A stretch of DNA of 32,000 nt from Rhodobacter capsulatus SB 1003 (GTDB lineage: Bacteria; Pseudomonadota; Alphaproteobacteria; Rhodobacterales; Rhodobacteraceae), in NCBI RefSeq assembly GCF_000021865.1, contig NC_014034.1, positions 3,210,001 through 3,242,000 of the forward strand, in the 5' to 3' direction. The notes beneath the pieces were generated by a model. It was not told the origin of the DNA. It made no database searches and saw only the letters and a program-made list of their open reading frames with translations. Shown one piece after another: positions 8,543 through 17,192 of this stretch. A program made the translations under genes and the position numbers. Each line of letters opens with the position of its first letter. Position 1 is the stretch's first letter.

Positions 8543-9772
8543 ATGGTTCAACGCACCCTGCCCGAGAAATTGTCGATTCTGGCCGACGCCGCGAAATATG
8601 ACGCCTCCTGCGCGTCTTCGGGCGGCGAGCGGCGCGGTTCGCGCGATGGCAAGGGGATCGGCTCCACCACCGGGGCGGGGATCTGCCACGCCTGGGCGCC
8701 CGACGGCCGCTGCATCTCATTGCTGAAAGTGCTGCTGACGAATTTCTGCATCTACGACTGCGCTTACTGCATCAACCGGGTGTCCAGCCGGGTCGAACGG
8801 GCGCGGTTCAGCGTCGAAGAGGTCGTCAGCCTGACGCTGGAATTCTACCGCCGCAATTATATCGAGGGGCTGTTTCTGTCCTCGGGCATCATCCGCTCGC
8901 CCGACGAGACGATGGCCGAGATGGTCCGCGTCGCCCGCACCCTGCGCGAGCGGGAACATTTCCGCGGTTACATCCATCTGAAAACCATCCCCGATGCCGC
9001 GCCCGAACTGATCGCCGAGGCGGGGAAATGGGCGGACCGGCTTTCGATCAACGTGGAACTGCCGACGGAAGCGGCGCTGACGCGGCTGGCGCCGGAGAAA
9101 TCGGTCAAGACGATCCACGGCGCGATGGCCGAGGTGAAGGCGCGCGGCGAGGCCGCCAAGGATCGCACCGCGCGCGGCACGCGGGCGCCGCGCTTTGCGC
9201 CCGCCGGGCAATCGACGCAGATGATCGTCGGCGCCGATGCCGCGACCGATGGCGAGATCCTGCGCAGATCCTCGAGCCTTTACAACAGCTTCGCGCTGCG
9301 GCGGGTCTATTACTCGGCCTTCTCGCCGATCCCCGATGCGTCGCGGATGCTGCCCCTGATCCAGCCGCCCCTGGTGCGCGAACACCGGCTCTATCAGGCC
9401 GACTGGCTGATGCGGAATTACGGCTTTGACGCCAGCGAAATCGCCCCGCCCGCCGGCATGCTCGATCTGCAGATCGACCCGAAACTGGCCTGGGCGCTGG
9501 CGCATCGCGGGCTTTTCCCGGTCGATGTGAACCGCGCCCCGCGCGAGATGCTGTTGCGCATCCCCGGCATCGGTCCGCGCAGCGTGGACCGCATCCTGAA
9601 AGCCCGGCGCCACCGCACCCTGCGCTACGAGGACCTGCTCGCCATCGGCTGCGTTTTGAAACATGCCGAGCCCTTCATCACCCTGCCCGGCTGGTCGCCC
9701 CGCGCGCTGCCCGATGATGCGAACCTGCGCGCGCGGTTTGCCCCCGCGCCGGAACAGCTGAGCCTGTTCTGA
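8543..9772 (+). CDS. Putative DNA modification/repair radical SAM protein (TIGR03916-like)
   Basis: N-terminus LSILADAAKYDASCASSG plus the radical-SAM cluster motif CIYDCAYC. The C-terminal part contains a helix-hairpin-helix-like LLRIPGIGPRSVDRIL. The stop overlaps the start of the partner gene (TGATG). Confidence 0.85.
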   Translation: MVQRTLPEKLSILADAAKYDASCASSGGERRGSRDGKGIGSTTGAGICHAWAPDGRCISLLKVLLTNFCIYDCAYCINRVSSRVERARFSVEEVVSLTLEFYRRNYIEGLFLSSGIIRSPDETMAEMVRVARTLREREHFRGYIHLKTIPDAAPELIAEAGKWADRLSINVELPTEAALTRLAPEKSVKTIHGAMAEVKARGEAAKDRTARGTRAPRFAPAGQSTQMIVGADAATDGEILRRSSSLYNSFALRRVYYSAFSPIPDASRMLPLIQPPLVREHRLYQADWLMRNYGFDASEIAPPAGMLDLQIDPKLAWALAHRGLFPVDVNRAPREMLLRIPGIGPRSVDRILKARRHRTLRYEDLLAIGCVLKHAEPFITLPGWSPRALPDDANLRARFAPAPEQLSLF

Positions 9773-10587
9773 TGCAGATCGCCCTGCCCCGCATCGGCAC
9801 CGTGGCCGCCTGGCGGCAGGAGGTGCGCCGTCTGGCCGCCGCGGGCATCGATCCGGCGGCGGTGATCTGGTCGGTGGGCGAAACCGCGCCCGACCTTTTC
9901 GCCGCCGCGCCCCCGCGGCCCGCTGCGCCGACGCAGCTCATGCTCTCGCGCGAGGCGGTGGAGGGGATCGAGATGGCGCTGCTGCACAACGACCCCGAGC
10001 GGTTCGCCCGGGCGCATGCGCTGGTGCTGCGGCTCTCGCGGCGGGAACTGCGCTGGGGGGATCGATCCGACCCGGCCTTGCGGCGGCTGCTCGATCAGCA
10101 AAAGGCGGTCGGGCGGGACATCCACAAGATGCATGGTTTCGTGCGCTTTCGCGAGGTGACGCCGCCCGGGGCGAACCGGCGCGCCTTTGCCGCCTGGTTC
10201 GAGCCCGACCATCACATTCTGGAAGCCGCCGCGCCGTTCTTTGCCCGCCGCTTTGGCGACATGGACTGGCTGATCGCCACGCCGACCCTGACCGCGCGCT
10301 GCGAGGCGGGCGTGCTGCAGATCGCGGAAACCGCGGCCCGTCAGCCGCCGCCCGCGGACGCGACCGAAGAGCTGTGGCGGGTCTATTTCGCCGCGATCTT
10401 CAACCCGGCGCGGCTGATGGTGACGGCGATGAAATCGCATATGCCGCAGAAATACTGGAAGAACCTGCCCGAGGCCGATCTGATCCCCGGGCTGATCCGG
10501 GCGGCGGAAACCCGGGTGCGGGCGATGCACGACCCAAACACGCCCGCCCCCCGGCTGCGCCGCAGGGCGCCCGCGGGCAGGGGCTAG
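9772..10587 (+). CDS. DUF4130 / TIGR03915-like putative DNA metabolism protein (partner of the radical SAM protein); no fused UDG domain
   Basis: Motifs RDIHKMHGFVRFREV and AWFEPDHHILEAAAPFFARRFGDMDWLIATP match what I remember of the DUF4130 family. The gene is translationally coupled to the upstream radical-SAM gene. Confidence 0.75.
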   Translation: MQIALPRIGTVAAWRQEVRRLAAAGIDPAAVIWSVGETAPDLFAAAPPRPAAPTQLMLSREAVEGIEMALLHNDPERFARAHALVLRLSRRELRWGDRSDPALRRLLDQQKAVGRDIHKMHGFVRFREVTPPGANRRAFAAWFEPDHHILEAAAPFFARRFGDMDWLIATPTLTARCEAGVLQIAETAARQPPPADATEELWRVYFAAIFNPARLMVTAMKSHMPQKYWKNLPEADLIPGLIRAAETRVRAMHDPNTPAPRLRRRAPAGRG

Positions 10588-11564
10588 CGGCCCCGGATCA
10601 GATCCGAGAAGGGTTTCGTGCCGTCGAACCGCTGCCCAAGCGGGGTGATCAGCGCCGCCGCGTCGCGTTCAGCGGCCGGGGCGGCGGCGATCACCCCCAG
10701 ATCGGTCAGGTAATCGGGCAGACGGCCCGACAGCACCAGACGCCGGTCGATCGGCAGATCGGGTTTCAGACTGCGGGCAAGCCGCCAGACCGCCGTGGTG
10801 CAATTCGAGGTCAAGGTGTTGTAAAACCTGGGTTCCTGTTCCAGCTCCTGCGCCAGCGCAAGATAGGAGAGGAACATCCCCCGGATCTGCGCGGGCGTCA
10901 GATCGACCGGATACAGCCGCACCTGTTCCTTGCGGTAATTGGTGCGCAGCTTGACGATGTCCTCTTCGGTGGCGGCGATCAGCACCTGTTCGAACTGCCG
11001 GAAGAAGCCGCCGATCTCGTTGAACTTTTCGCCTTTCTCACGGCGGATCTCGACCGAAAAGACCACCTGCTGGCCATCGGAAAAGCCGAAACTGACCAGC
11101 AGATGCGCGATATCGGGACGCGACCAGACCGAGGTGATCATGTCGAGACGGTCCAGTTTCGACAGGTCGTACTCCCGGGTGATCCAGCGCGGTGTCGCCT
11201 CGGTCTCCGAGGTCCAGTCGAAATCGCGGATGTCCGACAGCGTCACCCGCTCGCCCGCGATCCGCGCGGTCACGCCGCGGGCGACGTCGATCTCCCAGTC
11301 GCGGTCCTGGCGCGGCGTGATCGTCTGATACCAGCCGCCGACCGTGACCGCCGCCAGCCCGACCAGCGCCAGCCCCAGCCCGCGGTGATCGCCAAACCAG
11401 AGGCCCAGCGCGGCCAGCGCCGTCAGCCCCAGAAGCGCCAGCGCGATCAGCCGCACCGGGCCGGAGAGCTGCAGCCAGACCGCCGTGGCAGCCCAGCCGG
11501 TGCCCGCCAAAATCAACGCCACAACAAGGACATGGCCCAGAACATGCAACAGACGGATCATCAC
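10584..11564 (-). CDS. Membrane protein with N-terminal TM helices and a DUF4105 (Lnb-like periplasmic) domain
   Basis: Three to four hydrophobic helices at the N-terminus are followed by a soluble domain ending in the YNTLTSNCTTAVWRL motif, which I associate with DUF4105. Family assignment is from memory only. Confidence 0.5.
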   Translation of the reverse strand: MMIRLLHVLGHVLVVALILAGTGWAATAVWLQLSGPVRLIALALLGLTALAALGLWFGDHRGLGLALVGLAAVTVGGWYQTITPRQDRDWEIDVARGVTARIAGERVTLSDIRDFDWTSETEATPRWITREYDLSKLDRLDMITSVWSRPDIAHLLVSFGFSDGQQVVFSVEIRREKGEKFNEIGGFFRQFEQVLIAATEEDIVKLRTNYRKEQVRLYPVDLTPAQIRGMFLSYLALAQELEQEPRFYNTLTSNCTTAVWRLARSLKPDLPIDRRLVLSGRLPDYLTDLGVIAAAPAAERDAAALITPLGQRFDGTKPFSDLIRGR

Positions 11565-11609
11565 GGTTCTCCCGGGGGGATGGGGCGGGGTCTTCCCCGC
11601 CCGGGTCGG

Positions 11610-11891
11610 TTACAGGGGGGCCTTGCCCGAAGCTTCGGCCAGCAGACGCTCGGTCCGGGCGTCTTCCAGCTTGTTGTAGATCCGCTCGGCCTCTTCCTTG
11701 TCGCGCAGGGCTTTCGACAGCGCGGCGGTGGTGTAGACAAGCATCAGCGCAGCCATCGCATAATATCCCTTGGCGGAAAAGCTGGCTTCAAGCGACCAGA
11801 TCCCCCCGGCCATCATCACCGCGGCGATGGTGAACATGACATAGGTGAAAAGGTTCCAGGCGTTCGAGACTTTCGGGGCATAGGTGGTCAT
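11610..11891 (-). CDS. Small inner-membrane protein, YiaA/YiaB two-helix family
   Basis: Two TM helices (NLFTYVMFTIAAVMMAGGIWSL, GYYAMAALMLVYTTAALS) are followed by a charged amphipathic tail. The start is either ATG 11891 (AAGGA upstream) or ATG 11918. Confidence 0.55.
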   Translation of the reverse strand: MTTYAPKVSNAWNLFTYVMFTIAAVMMAGGIWSLEASFSAKGYYAMAALMLVYTTAALSKALRDKEEAERIYNKLEDARTERLLAEASGKAPL

Positions 11892-11933
11892 GGTGTCGGT
11901 CCTTGATTGAGTTTCCATGGTCGGGGTCAGGTT

Positions 11934-12611
11934 TCAAAGCGCTTTTTCGCGCAGCCGGGCCAGCACCTGCGCCGCTTCGGGGCGCAGCGCCGCGCCGCAG
12001 CCCGCCGCGGCAAGCCGGGTCACCGTCGCCTCGGCCGAGGTGGCAAGGCCAAGATCGGCCAGCGCGGTCTCGACCGCTTCGGCATGGGCCTGCCGCGCCT
12101 GCAACCGCGCCAGCGTCGCCTCGGCCTCGGTCAGCGAGGCGGTCACCCCGTCGGGCAAGGTGCCGCGCAGCTTTTGCGTGCGGCTGGCGGCGTCGGCGAT
12201 CTGCTTGCCCCGTTGCAACGCCCTCAGCCGCTGTTCGGCCAGCGCCACCGTCTCGCGCAGGCGCCGGGTCTCGGTGTCATACTGCGCGAGGGCGCGGGCG
12301 GTGGCTTCGGCCTCGGCCTCCAGCCCGGCAATCGCCGCAGCCGCCTCGGTCGCCAGATCCTCGCGGCCTTGCCCCAGGGCCGCCACCGCGCGGCTTTCCA
12401 GATCCGCGATCTGGCCCGCAATCCGCGCCGCCGCCGCCCTTTCGCGCGCGGCATAGGCCATCACTACGGCCACGGCGCGTTTCGCCCCCTCCAGCCCCTC
12501 GGCCGCATCGCGCAGCTGCTGGCGCAGGAGCGTCAGCGCATGCGCATCGGTGAAAGCCTCTTCCGCATCGGCGGTTCCGGCCCGGATCAGGGTGGTGATC
12601 ATCTTGAACAT
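11934..12611 (-). CDS. PspA/IM30 family protein (phage-shock protein A-like coiled coil)
   Basis: ~225-aa all-helical Ala/Glu/Arg-rich protein. It shows PspA-like landmarks (MFKMITTLIRAGTADAEEAFTD..LLRQQLRDAAEGL...RAVAALGQGREDLA). GAGGAG precedes the ATG at 12611. Confidence 0.75.
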   Translation of the reverse strand: MFKMITTLIRAGTADAEEAFTDAHALTLLRQQLRDAAEGLEGAKRAVAVVMAYAARERAAAARIAGQIADLESRAVAALGQGREDLATEAAAAIAGLEAEAEATARALAQYDTETRRLRETVALAEQRLRALQRGKQIADAASRTQKLRGTLPDGVTASLTEAEATLARLQARQAHAEAVETALADLGLATSAEATVTRLAAAGCGAALRPEAAQVLARLREKAL

Positions 12612-12627
12612 CTTCGCGCTCCTCGCT

Positions 12628-12698
12628 ATGAACATCGTTCATAAGGACTGTATGCCAGAGTCGTGAACGCCGTTCAAGAAAATTCTGAACGCCGTTCA
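12628..12698. promoter_or_regulatory. Three palindromic operators (A)TGAAC-N3-GTTCA(T) in the pspA-like/tetR divergent region
   Basis: atgaacATCgttcat (12628-12642), tgaacGCCgttca (12664-12676) and tgaacGCCgttca (12686-12698). The last two are identical and 22 bp apart centre to centre. Confidence 0.55.
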
Positions 12699-12703
12699 CA
12701 CAA

Positions 12704-13327
12704 ATGATCGGATGCCGGATGGGACATAATCGCGACGAGAAGAAAGCCGATCTGAAAGCCCGGCTGATTGCGGCGGCCGAGGCGGAGATCGCCGATCACG
12801 GCCTGGCGGGGCTGAAGGCGCGGGCGGTGACGGCGCGGGCGGGCTGTGCCCTCGGGGCGCTTTACACCGCGGTCGAGGATCTCGACATGCTGGTGGTGGA
12901 GGTCAATTCGCGCACCCTGGCGCGGCTGGGCGCCACCTTGTCCGAGGCGATGGCGGGGGCTTCGGGGCCTGTGGCGGCGCTGCAGGCACTGGCCGCGCGC
13001 TACATCGATTTCGCCATGGAAAACCGGGCCTTGTGGCTCTGCCTCTTTGAGCATCGCCTGCCCGAGGGGCGCGACTTTCCCGACTGGCACCGGCAGGAAT
13101 ACGCGGTTTTGCTGGCCGTGATCGCGCCGCATCTGGCGGCGCTGCGCCCCGATCTGAGCCGCGAGGCCCTGGTGCTGCGCGGCCGCACCACCTTTGCCGC
13201 GGTGCATGGTGTCGTGCATCTGGCGCTGCAGGGCCGGTTCGTCGGCCTGCCGCCAGAGAGCCTGCGCGCCGAGGTCGCGGCCCTGGTGGAAACGATGACC
13301 GCCGGGGCGGCCGCGCTGGCGCGCTGA
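12704..13327 (+). CDS. TetR/AcrR family transcriptional regulator
   Basis: N-terminal HTH (LKARLIAAAEAEIADHGLAGLKARAVTARAGCALGALYTAV). Alternative start at 12719. Confidence 0.85.
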   Translation: MIGCRMGHNRDEKKADLKARLIAAAEAEIADHGLAGLKARAVTARAGCALGALYTAVEDLDMLVVEVNSRTLARLGATLSEAMAGASGPVAALQALAARYIDFAMENRALWLCLFEHRLPEGRDFPDWHRQEYAVLLAVIAPHLAALRPDLSREALVLRGRTTFAAVHGVVHLALQGRFVGLPPESLRAEVAALVETMTAGAAALAR

Positions 13328-13339
13328 AGGCGCCGGGGC

Positions 13340-13555
13340 CTAGGCGGGCACCGGGCGGATCTGCGGCGCGGCGGCGATGACCAGCGGATCCAGCCCGGGG
13401 CTTTGCGCCGCGACATGCGCCAGCAGCGCCGCCCGCATCGGCGCGGACCAGTTTTCCGAAATATGCGCGGCGACCGGCCCGGCCCTGTCGCCCGGCTGCA
13501 CCGCGAAAAAGGCGGCGATCTGATTCGCCATCCGGATGATCTTGTCGTCGCTCAT
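13340..13555 (-). CDS. fdsD: Formate dehydrogenase delta subunit FdsD
   Basis: 71-aa protein beginning MSDDKIIRMANQIAAFF, last gene of fdsGBACD. Its start overlaps the fdsC stop in ATGA. Confidence 0.9.
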   Translation of the reverse strand: MSDDKIIRMANQIAAFFAVQPGDRAGPVAAHISENWSAPMRAALLAHVAAQSPGLDPLVIAAAPQIRPVPA

Positions 13556-14319
13556 TCTGCCTCCGTTTCCGTGTAGAGGGTCGGCCCGTCGGGGCCGCGG
13601 GCGATCAGCGCAAGGCCCGCGGCCTGCGCCTCGGCCACGGCCAGCGCGGTGGGCGCCGAGGGCGCGATCAGCACCCGCGCCCCGATCATCGCCGCCTTCT
13701 GCACCAGATCGACCGAGAGCCGCGAGGTCAGCACCAAGGCCCCCGCCGCCGCATCGATCCCCTGCCCCGCCAGCGCCCCCGCCAGCTTGTCAAGCGCATT
13801 GTGCCGCCCGACATCCTCGCGCAGCGCCCGCATCTGCGCGCCGTCCCAGAACCCCGCCGCATGCACGGACCGGACCGCATCCTGCAGGCTCTGCCCGGCC
13901 CGCAAGGCCGCAAGCGCACCATCGGCCAGGGGGGGGGGGGCCCCGCCCCGGGGCGCCCGCGGCAGCGGGCGCAACACAGCCGCCAGGCTGTCAAGGCCGC
14001 AAAGCCCGCAGCCGACCGGACCGGCCATCGCCCGCCGCCGCGCGGCAAACCTTTGCCCGGCGGGCGCCGCCAGCCACCCCCGCAGCTCGATCCCCTGCGG
14101 TTGCCGCACGACCTCATGGCGCAACAGCTCGGCGCGATCGGCAATCATCCCCTCGGTCAGGGCAAAGCCCAGCAGGAAATCCTCAAGATCCACCGGCGAG
14201 GCCATCATCACCGCCTGCGTAACCCCGTCAAAAACCAGCGCCACCGGCACTTCCTCGGCCAGCACCGCCCGGGCCCCGCCGGGCAGCGGGACCGTGACCG
14301 CACCGGCGGGCAGGCTCAT
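13552..14319 (-). CDS. fdsC: FdhD-family sulfurtransferase / FDH maturation protein FdsC
   Basis: FdhD-like sequence with a Cys loop GCGLCG and GRHNALDK. ATGA overlap with fdsA. Contains a 12-nt G/C homopolymer. Confidence 0.9.
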   Translation of the reverse strand: MSLPAGAVTVPLPGGARAVLAEEVPVALVFDGVTQAVMMASPVDLEDFLLGFALTEGMIADRAELLRHEVVRQPQGIELRGWLAAPAGQRFAARRRAMAGPVGCGLCGLDSLAAVLRPLPRAPRGGAPPPLADGALAALRAGQSLQDAVRSVHAAGFWDGAQMRALREDVGRHNALDKLAGALAGQGIDAAAGALVLTSRLSVDLVQKAAMIGARVLIAPSAPTALAVAEAQAAGLALIARGPDGPTLYTETEAE

Positions 14320-17192
14320 TCGGCCGCCTCGATCCGCCGCGCGGCCGCCGCCTGCGCCGCATAATCCTGCTGCCAGTCCGAGGGCCCGTTCGACGCCGCC
14401 ACCTGCACCGCCGTCACCTTGTATTCCGGGCAGTTCGTCGCCCAGTCGGAAGTGTCGGTGGTGACCACATTGGCCTGCGTGTCGGGGTGGTGGAAGGTGG
14501 TGTAGACGACGCCGGGGCTGACCCGGTCCGTCACCGTCGCCCGCAAGGTGGTTTCCCCCGCGCGGGACGCCAGCCGCACCCAGTCGCCGTCACGGATGCC
14601 CCGCGTCTCGGCATCGGTCGGGTGGATCTCCAGCCGGTCCTCGCCATGCCAGACGGTGTTTTCGGTCCGCCGCGTCTGCGCGCCGACGTTGTATTGGCTC
14701 AGAATCCGCCCCGTCGTCAGCAGAAGCGGGAACCGCGGCCCGGTCTTTTCGTCGGTCGGCAGGTAGGCCGTGCGGATGAACCGGCCCTTGCCGCGCACGA
14801 AGCCCTCGACATGCATGATCGGCGAGCCTTCGGGGGCTTTTTCGTTGCAGGGCCATTGCACCGAGCCGCGGGCGTCCAGCATTTCGTAGGTGACCGCGGC
14901 GAAACCCGGCGTCGTCGCGGCGATTTCGGCCATGATTTCAGACGGGTGCGTGTAATGCCAGCCCGCCCCCAGCGCATTGGCCAGCATCTGCGTCACCTCC
15001 CAATCGGCAAAGCCCGCCTTTGGCGCCATCACCCGGCGCACCCGGTTGATGCGGCGTTCCGCATTGGTGAAGGTGCCGTCCTTTTCCAGAAAGGTCGAAC
15101 CGGGCAGGAAGACATGGGCGTAATTCGCGGTCTCGTTCAGGAAAAGATCATGGACGATCACCAGATCCATTGCCGCCAGCCCGGCCGAGACATGCCGCGT
15201 ATCGGGGTCCGATTGCAGGATGTCCTCGCCCTGAACGTAAAGCGCCTTGAACCGGCCCTCGACGGCGGCATCGAGCATGTTCGGGATCCGCAGCCCGGGT
15301 TCGGACGACAGGGTGACGCCCCAGGTGCGTTCGAAAAGGCCCCGCGTCGCATCGTCGGAGACATGGCGATAGCCCGGGAATTCATGCGGGAAGCTGCCCA
15401 TGTCGCAGCTGCCCTGCACGTTGTTCTGCCCCCGCAGCGGGTTCACGCCGACACCGGGCCGCCCGATATTGCCGGTCATCATCGCGAGGTTGGCAATCGC
15501 GATGACCGTGGTTGACCCTTGGCTGTGCTCGGTCACGCCAAGGCCATAGTAGATCGCGGCATTCGGCGCCGCCGCATAGGCCCGGGCGGCCTGACGCAGC
15601 AATCCCGCCGGAACCCCGGTCAGGCTTTCCACCGCCTCGGGCGCATACTCCGGGTTCGCGACGAATTCGGCGTAATCCGCCCATTCGTCCCAATCGCAGC
15701 GATCCCCGATGAAGCGCTTGTCAAAGATCTGCTCGGTCACGATCACATGCGCCATCGCCGTCATCACCGCGACATTGGTGCCGGGCTTCAGCTGCAGATG
15801 CCAGGCCTCGCCCCGGTGCGGCGTGTTCAGCAGATCGATCCGGCGCGGATCGACGACAATGAGTTTCGCCCCCGCCCGCAGCCGCTTGCGCAGGCGCGAG
15901 GCGAAAACCGGGTGCCCATCGGTCGGATTCGCGCCGATGACCAGCGCCAGATCGGTCTCCTCGACGCTGTCGAAATCCTGCGTTCCGGCCGAGGTGCCGA
16001 AGGTCTGTTTCAGCCCGTAGCCGGTGGGCGAATGGCAGACCCGCGCGCAAGTGTCGGTGTTGTTGGTGCCGAAAACCGCGCGGGCAAGCTTTTGCACGAG
16101 GTATGTTTCTTCGTTCGTGCAGCGCGAGGAGGTGATGACGCCCAGGGCATCCGCCCCGTGGCTGTCGCGCAGCGCCCGCAGCCTTGTTGCGGTGAAGTCC
16201 AGCGCCTCGGTCCAGTTCACCTCGCGCCAGGGGTCGGTGATCTTGTCGCGGATCATCGGCTTGAGGATGCGGTCCTGGTGCGTCGCATAGCCGTAAGCGA
16301 AGCGGCCCTTGACGCAGCTGTGGCCCCGGTTCGCCGCGCCGCCTTTCCAGGGCACCATGCGCACCAGCTGATCGCCCAGCATATGCGCCTCGAAGCTGCA
16401 ACCGACGCCGCAATAGGCGCAGGTGGTGACCACCTTGCGTTCCGGCGTGCCGATCCTTTCGACCGACTTTTCGACCAAGGTCGCCGTCGGGCAGGCCTGC
16501 ACGCAGGCGCCGCAGGACACGCAATCCGAGGACAGGAAATCGGGCGCCGCGGGCGAGATCCGGGCGTCAAAGCCGCGCCCCATCACCGTCAGCGCGAAAG
16601 TGCCCTGCACTTCCTCGCAGGCGCGCACACAGCGCATGCAGACGATGCATTTCGCCGGATCATAGCTGAAATAGGGGTTGGAATTGTCCTTGGGGATGTA
16701 ACGCGGGTTCGGCCCCGTGGCATCGCGGCGCGCGAAATGGGTGTCCTTCGCCTGATAGCGGACCTCGCGCAGGCCGACGGCGCCCGCCATGTCCTGCAAT
16801 TCGCAATCGCCATTCGCCGCGCAGGTCAGGCAATCGAGCGGATGGTCCGAGATATAAAGCTCCATCACGCCGCGGCGCAGTTTCTGCAGCTGCGGCGTCT
16901 GCGTATGCACCCGCATCCCGGGCGCAACCGGGGTGGTGCAGGAGGTCGGCGTGCCCCGCATCCCCTCGATTTCCACCATGCACAGACGGCACGACCCCAC
17001 CGGCTCCACATTGTCAGTGGCGCAAAGTTTCGGAATGGAAATCCCGGCCTCGGCCGCGGCGCGCAGCACCGAGGTGCCCGCGGGCACGGTGACCTCGACG
17101 CCGTCGATGGTCAGATGCACCGGCGCGCCCTCGCGTTTCGGCGTGCCCATGTCCTGCGTCCAATCCAGCGGGGGAATGATCAGGTCTTTCAT
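14316..17192 (-). CDS. fdsA: NAD-dependent formate dehydrogenase alpha subunit FdsA (Fe-S + bis-MGD molybdoenzyme)
   Basis: N-terminal 2Fe-2S/4Fe-4S Cys clusters (CRLCMVE, CLTCAANGDCELQ, CIVCMRCVRAC, CVSCGACVQACP, CAYCGVGC) are followed by a molybdopterin oxidoreductase body. The ATG at 17192 overlaps the fdsB stop (ATGA) and gives 958 aa. The track start at 17309 is an extension inside fdsB. Confidence 0.95.
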   Translation of the reverse strand: MKDLIIPPLDWTQDMGTPKREGAPVHLTIDGVEVTVPAGTSVLRAAAEAGISIPKLCATDNVEPVGSCRLCMVEIEGMRGTPTSCTTPVAPGMRVHTQTPQLQKLRRGVMELYISDHPLDCLTCAANGDCELQDMAGAVGLREVRYQAKDTHFARRDATGPNPRYIPKDNSNPYFSYDPAKCIVCMRCVRACEEVQGTFALTVMGRGFDARISPAAPDFLSSDCVSCGACVQACPTATLVEKSVERIGTPERKVVTTCAYCGVGCSFEAHMLGDQLVRMVPWKGGAANRGHSCVKGRFAYGYATHQDRILKPMIRDKITDPWREVNWTEALDFTATRLRALRDSHGADALGVITSSRCTNEETYLVQKLARAVFGTNNTDTCARVCHSPTGYGLKQTFGTSAGTQDFDSVEETDLALVIGANPTDGHPVFASRLRKRLRAGAKLIVVDPRRIDLLNTPHRGEAWHLQLKPGTNVAVMTAMAHVIVTEQIFDKRFIGDRCDWDEWADYAEFVANPEYAPEAVESLTGVPAGLLRQAARAYAAAPNAAIYYGLGVTEHSQGSTTVIAIANLAMMTGNIGRPGVGVNPLRGQNNVQGSCDMGSFPHEFPGYRHVSDDATRGLFERTWGVTLSSEPGLRIPNMLDAAVEGRFKALYVQGEDILQSDPDTRHVSAGLAAMDLVIVHDLFLNETANYAHVFLPGSTFLEKDGTFTNAERRINRVRRVMAPKAGFADWEVTQMLANALGAGWHYTHPSEIMAEIAATTPGFAAVTYEMLDARGSVQWPCNEKAPEGSPIMHVEGFVRGKGRFIRTAYLPTDEKTGPRFPLLLTTGRILSQYNVGAQTRRTENTVWHGEDRLEIHPTDAETRGIRDGDWVRLASRAGETTLRATVTDRVSPGVVYTTFHHPDTQANVVTTDTSDWATNCPEYKVTAVQVAASNGPSDWQQDYAAQAAAARRIEAAE

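Noticed and set aside
10584-10587. Convergent genes sharing a palindromic CTAG as both stop codons (DUF4130 gene TAG and DUF4105 gene TAG)
   Set aside because: It is real in the sequence, but a 4-nt convergent overlap is a trivial consequence of compact gene packing. No functional inference is justified.
12628-12698. GAAC/GTTC-containing palindromes considered as additional SOS boxes
   Set aside because: The alphaproteobacterial LexA operator is a direct repeat, GAAC-N7-GAAC. These are inverted repeats with a 3-nt spacer, which fits a TetR-type dimer operator next to a tetR gene better.
10374-12699. Plus- and minus-strand alternative-frame ORFs over the DUF4105/yiaA/pspA-like region (10374-11906, 11903-12644, 12277-12699)
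   Set aside because: Their Pro/Arg/Gly-rich translations overlap more plausible membrane and coiled-coil genes. No RBS or motif supports them.
14316-17192. Possible selenocysteine (in-frame TGA) in the formate dehydrogenase alpha subunit
   Set aside because: The frame is open throughout with no internal TGA. This is a Cys-type, NAD-linked Fds enzyme.
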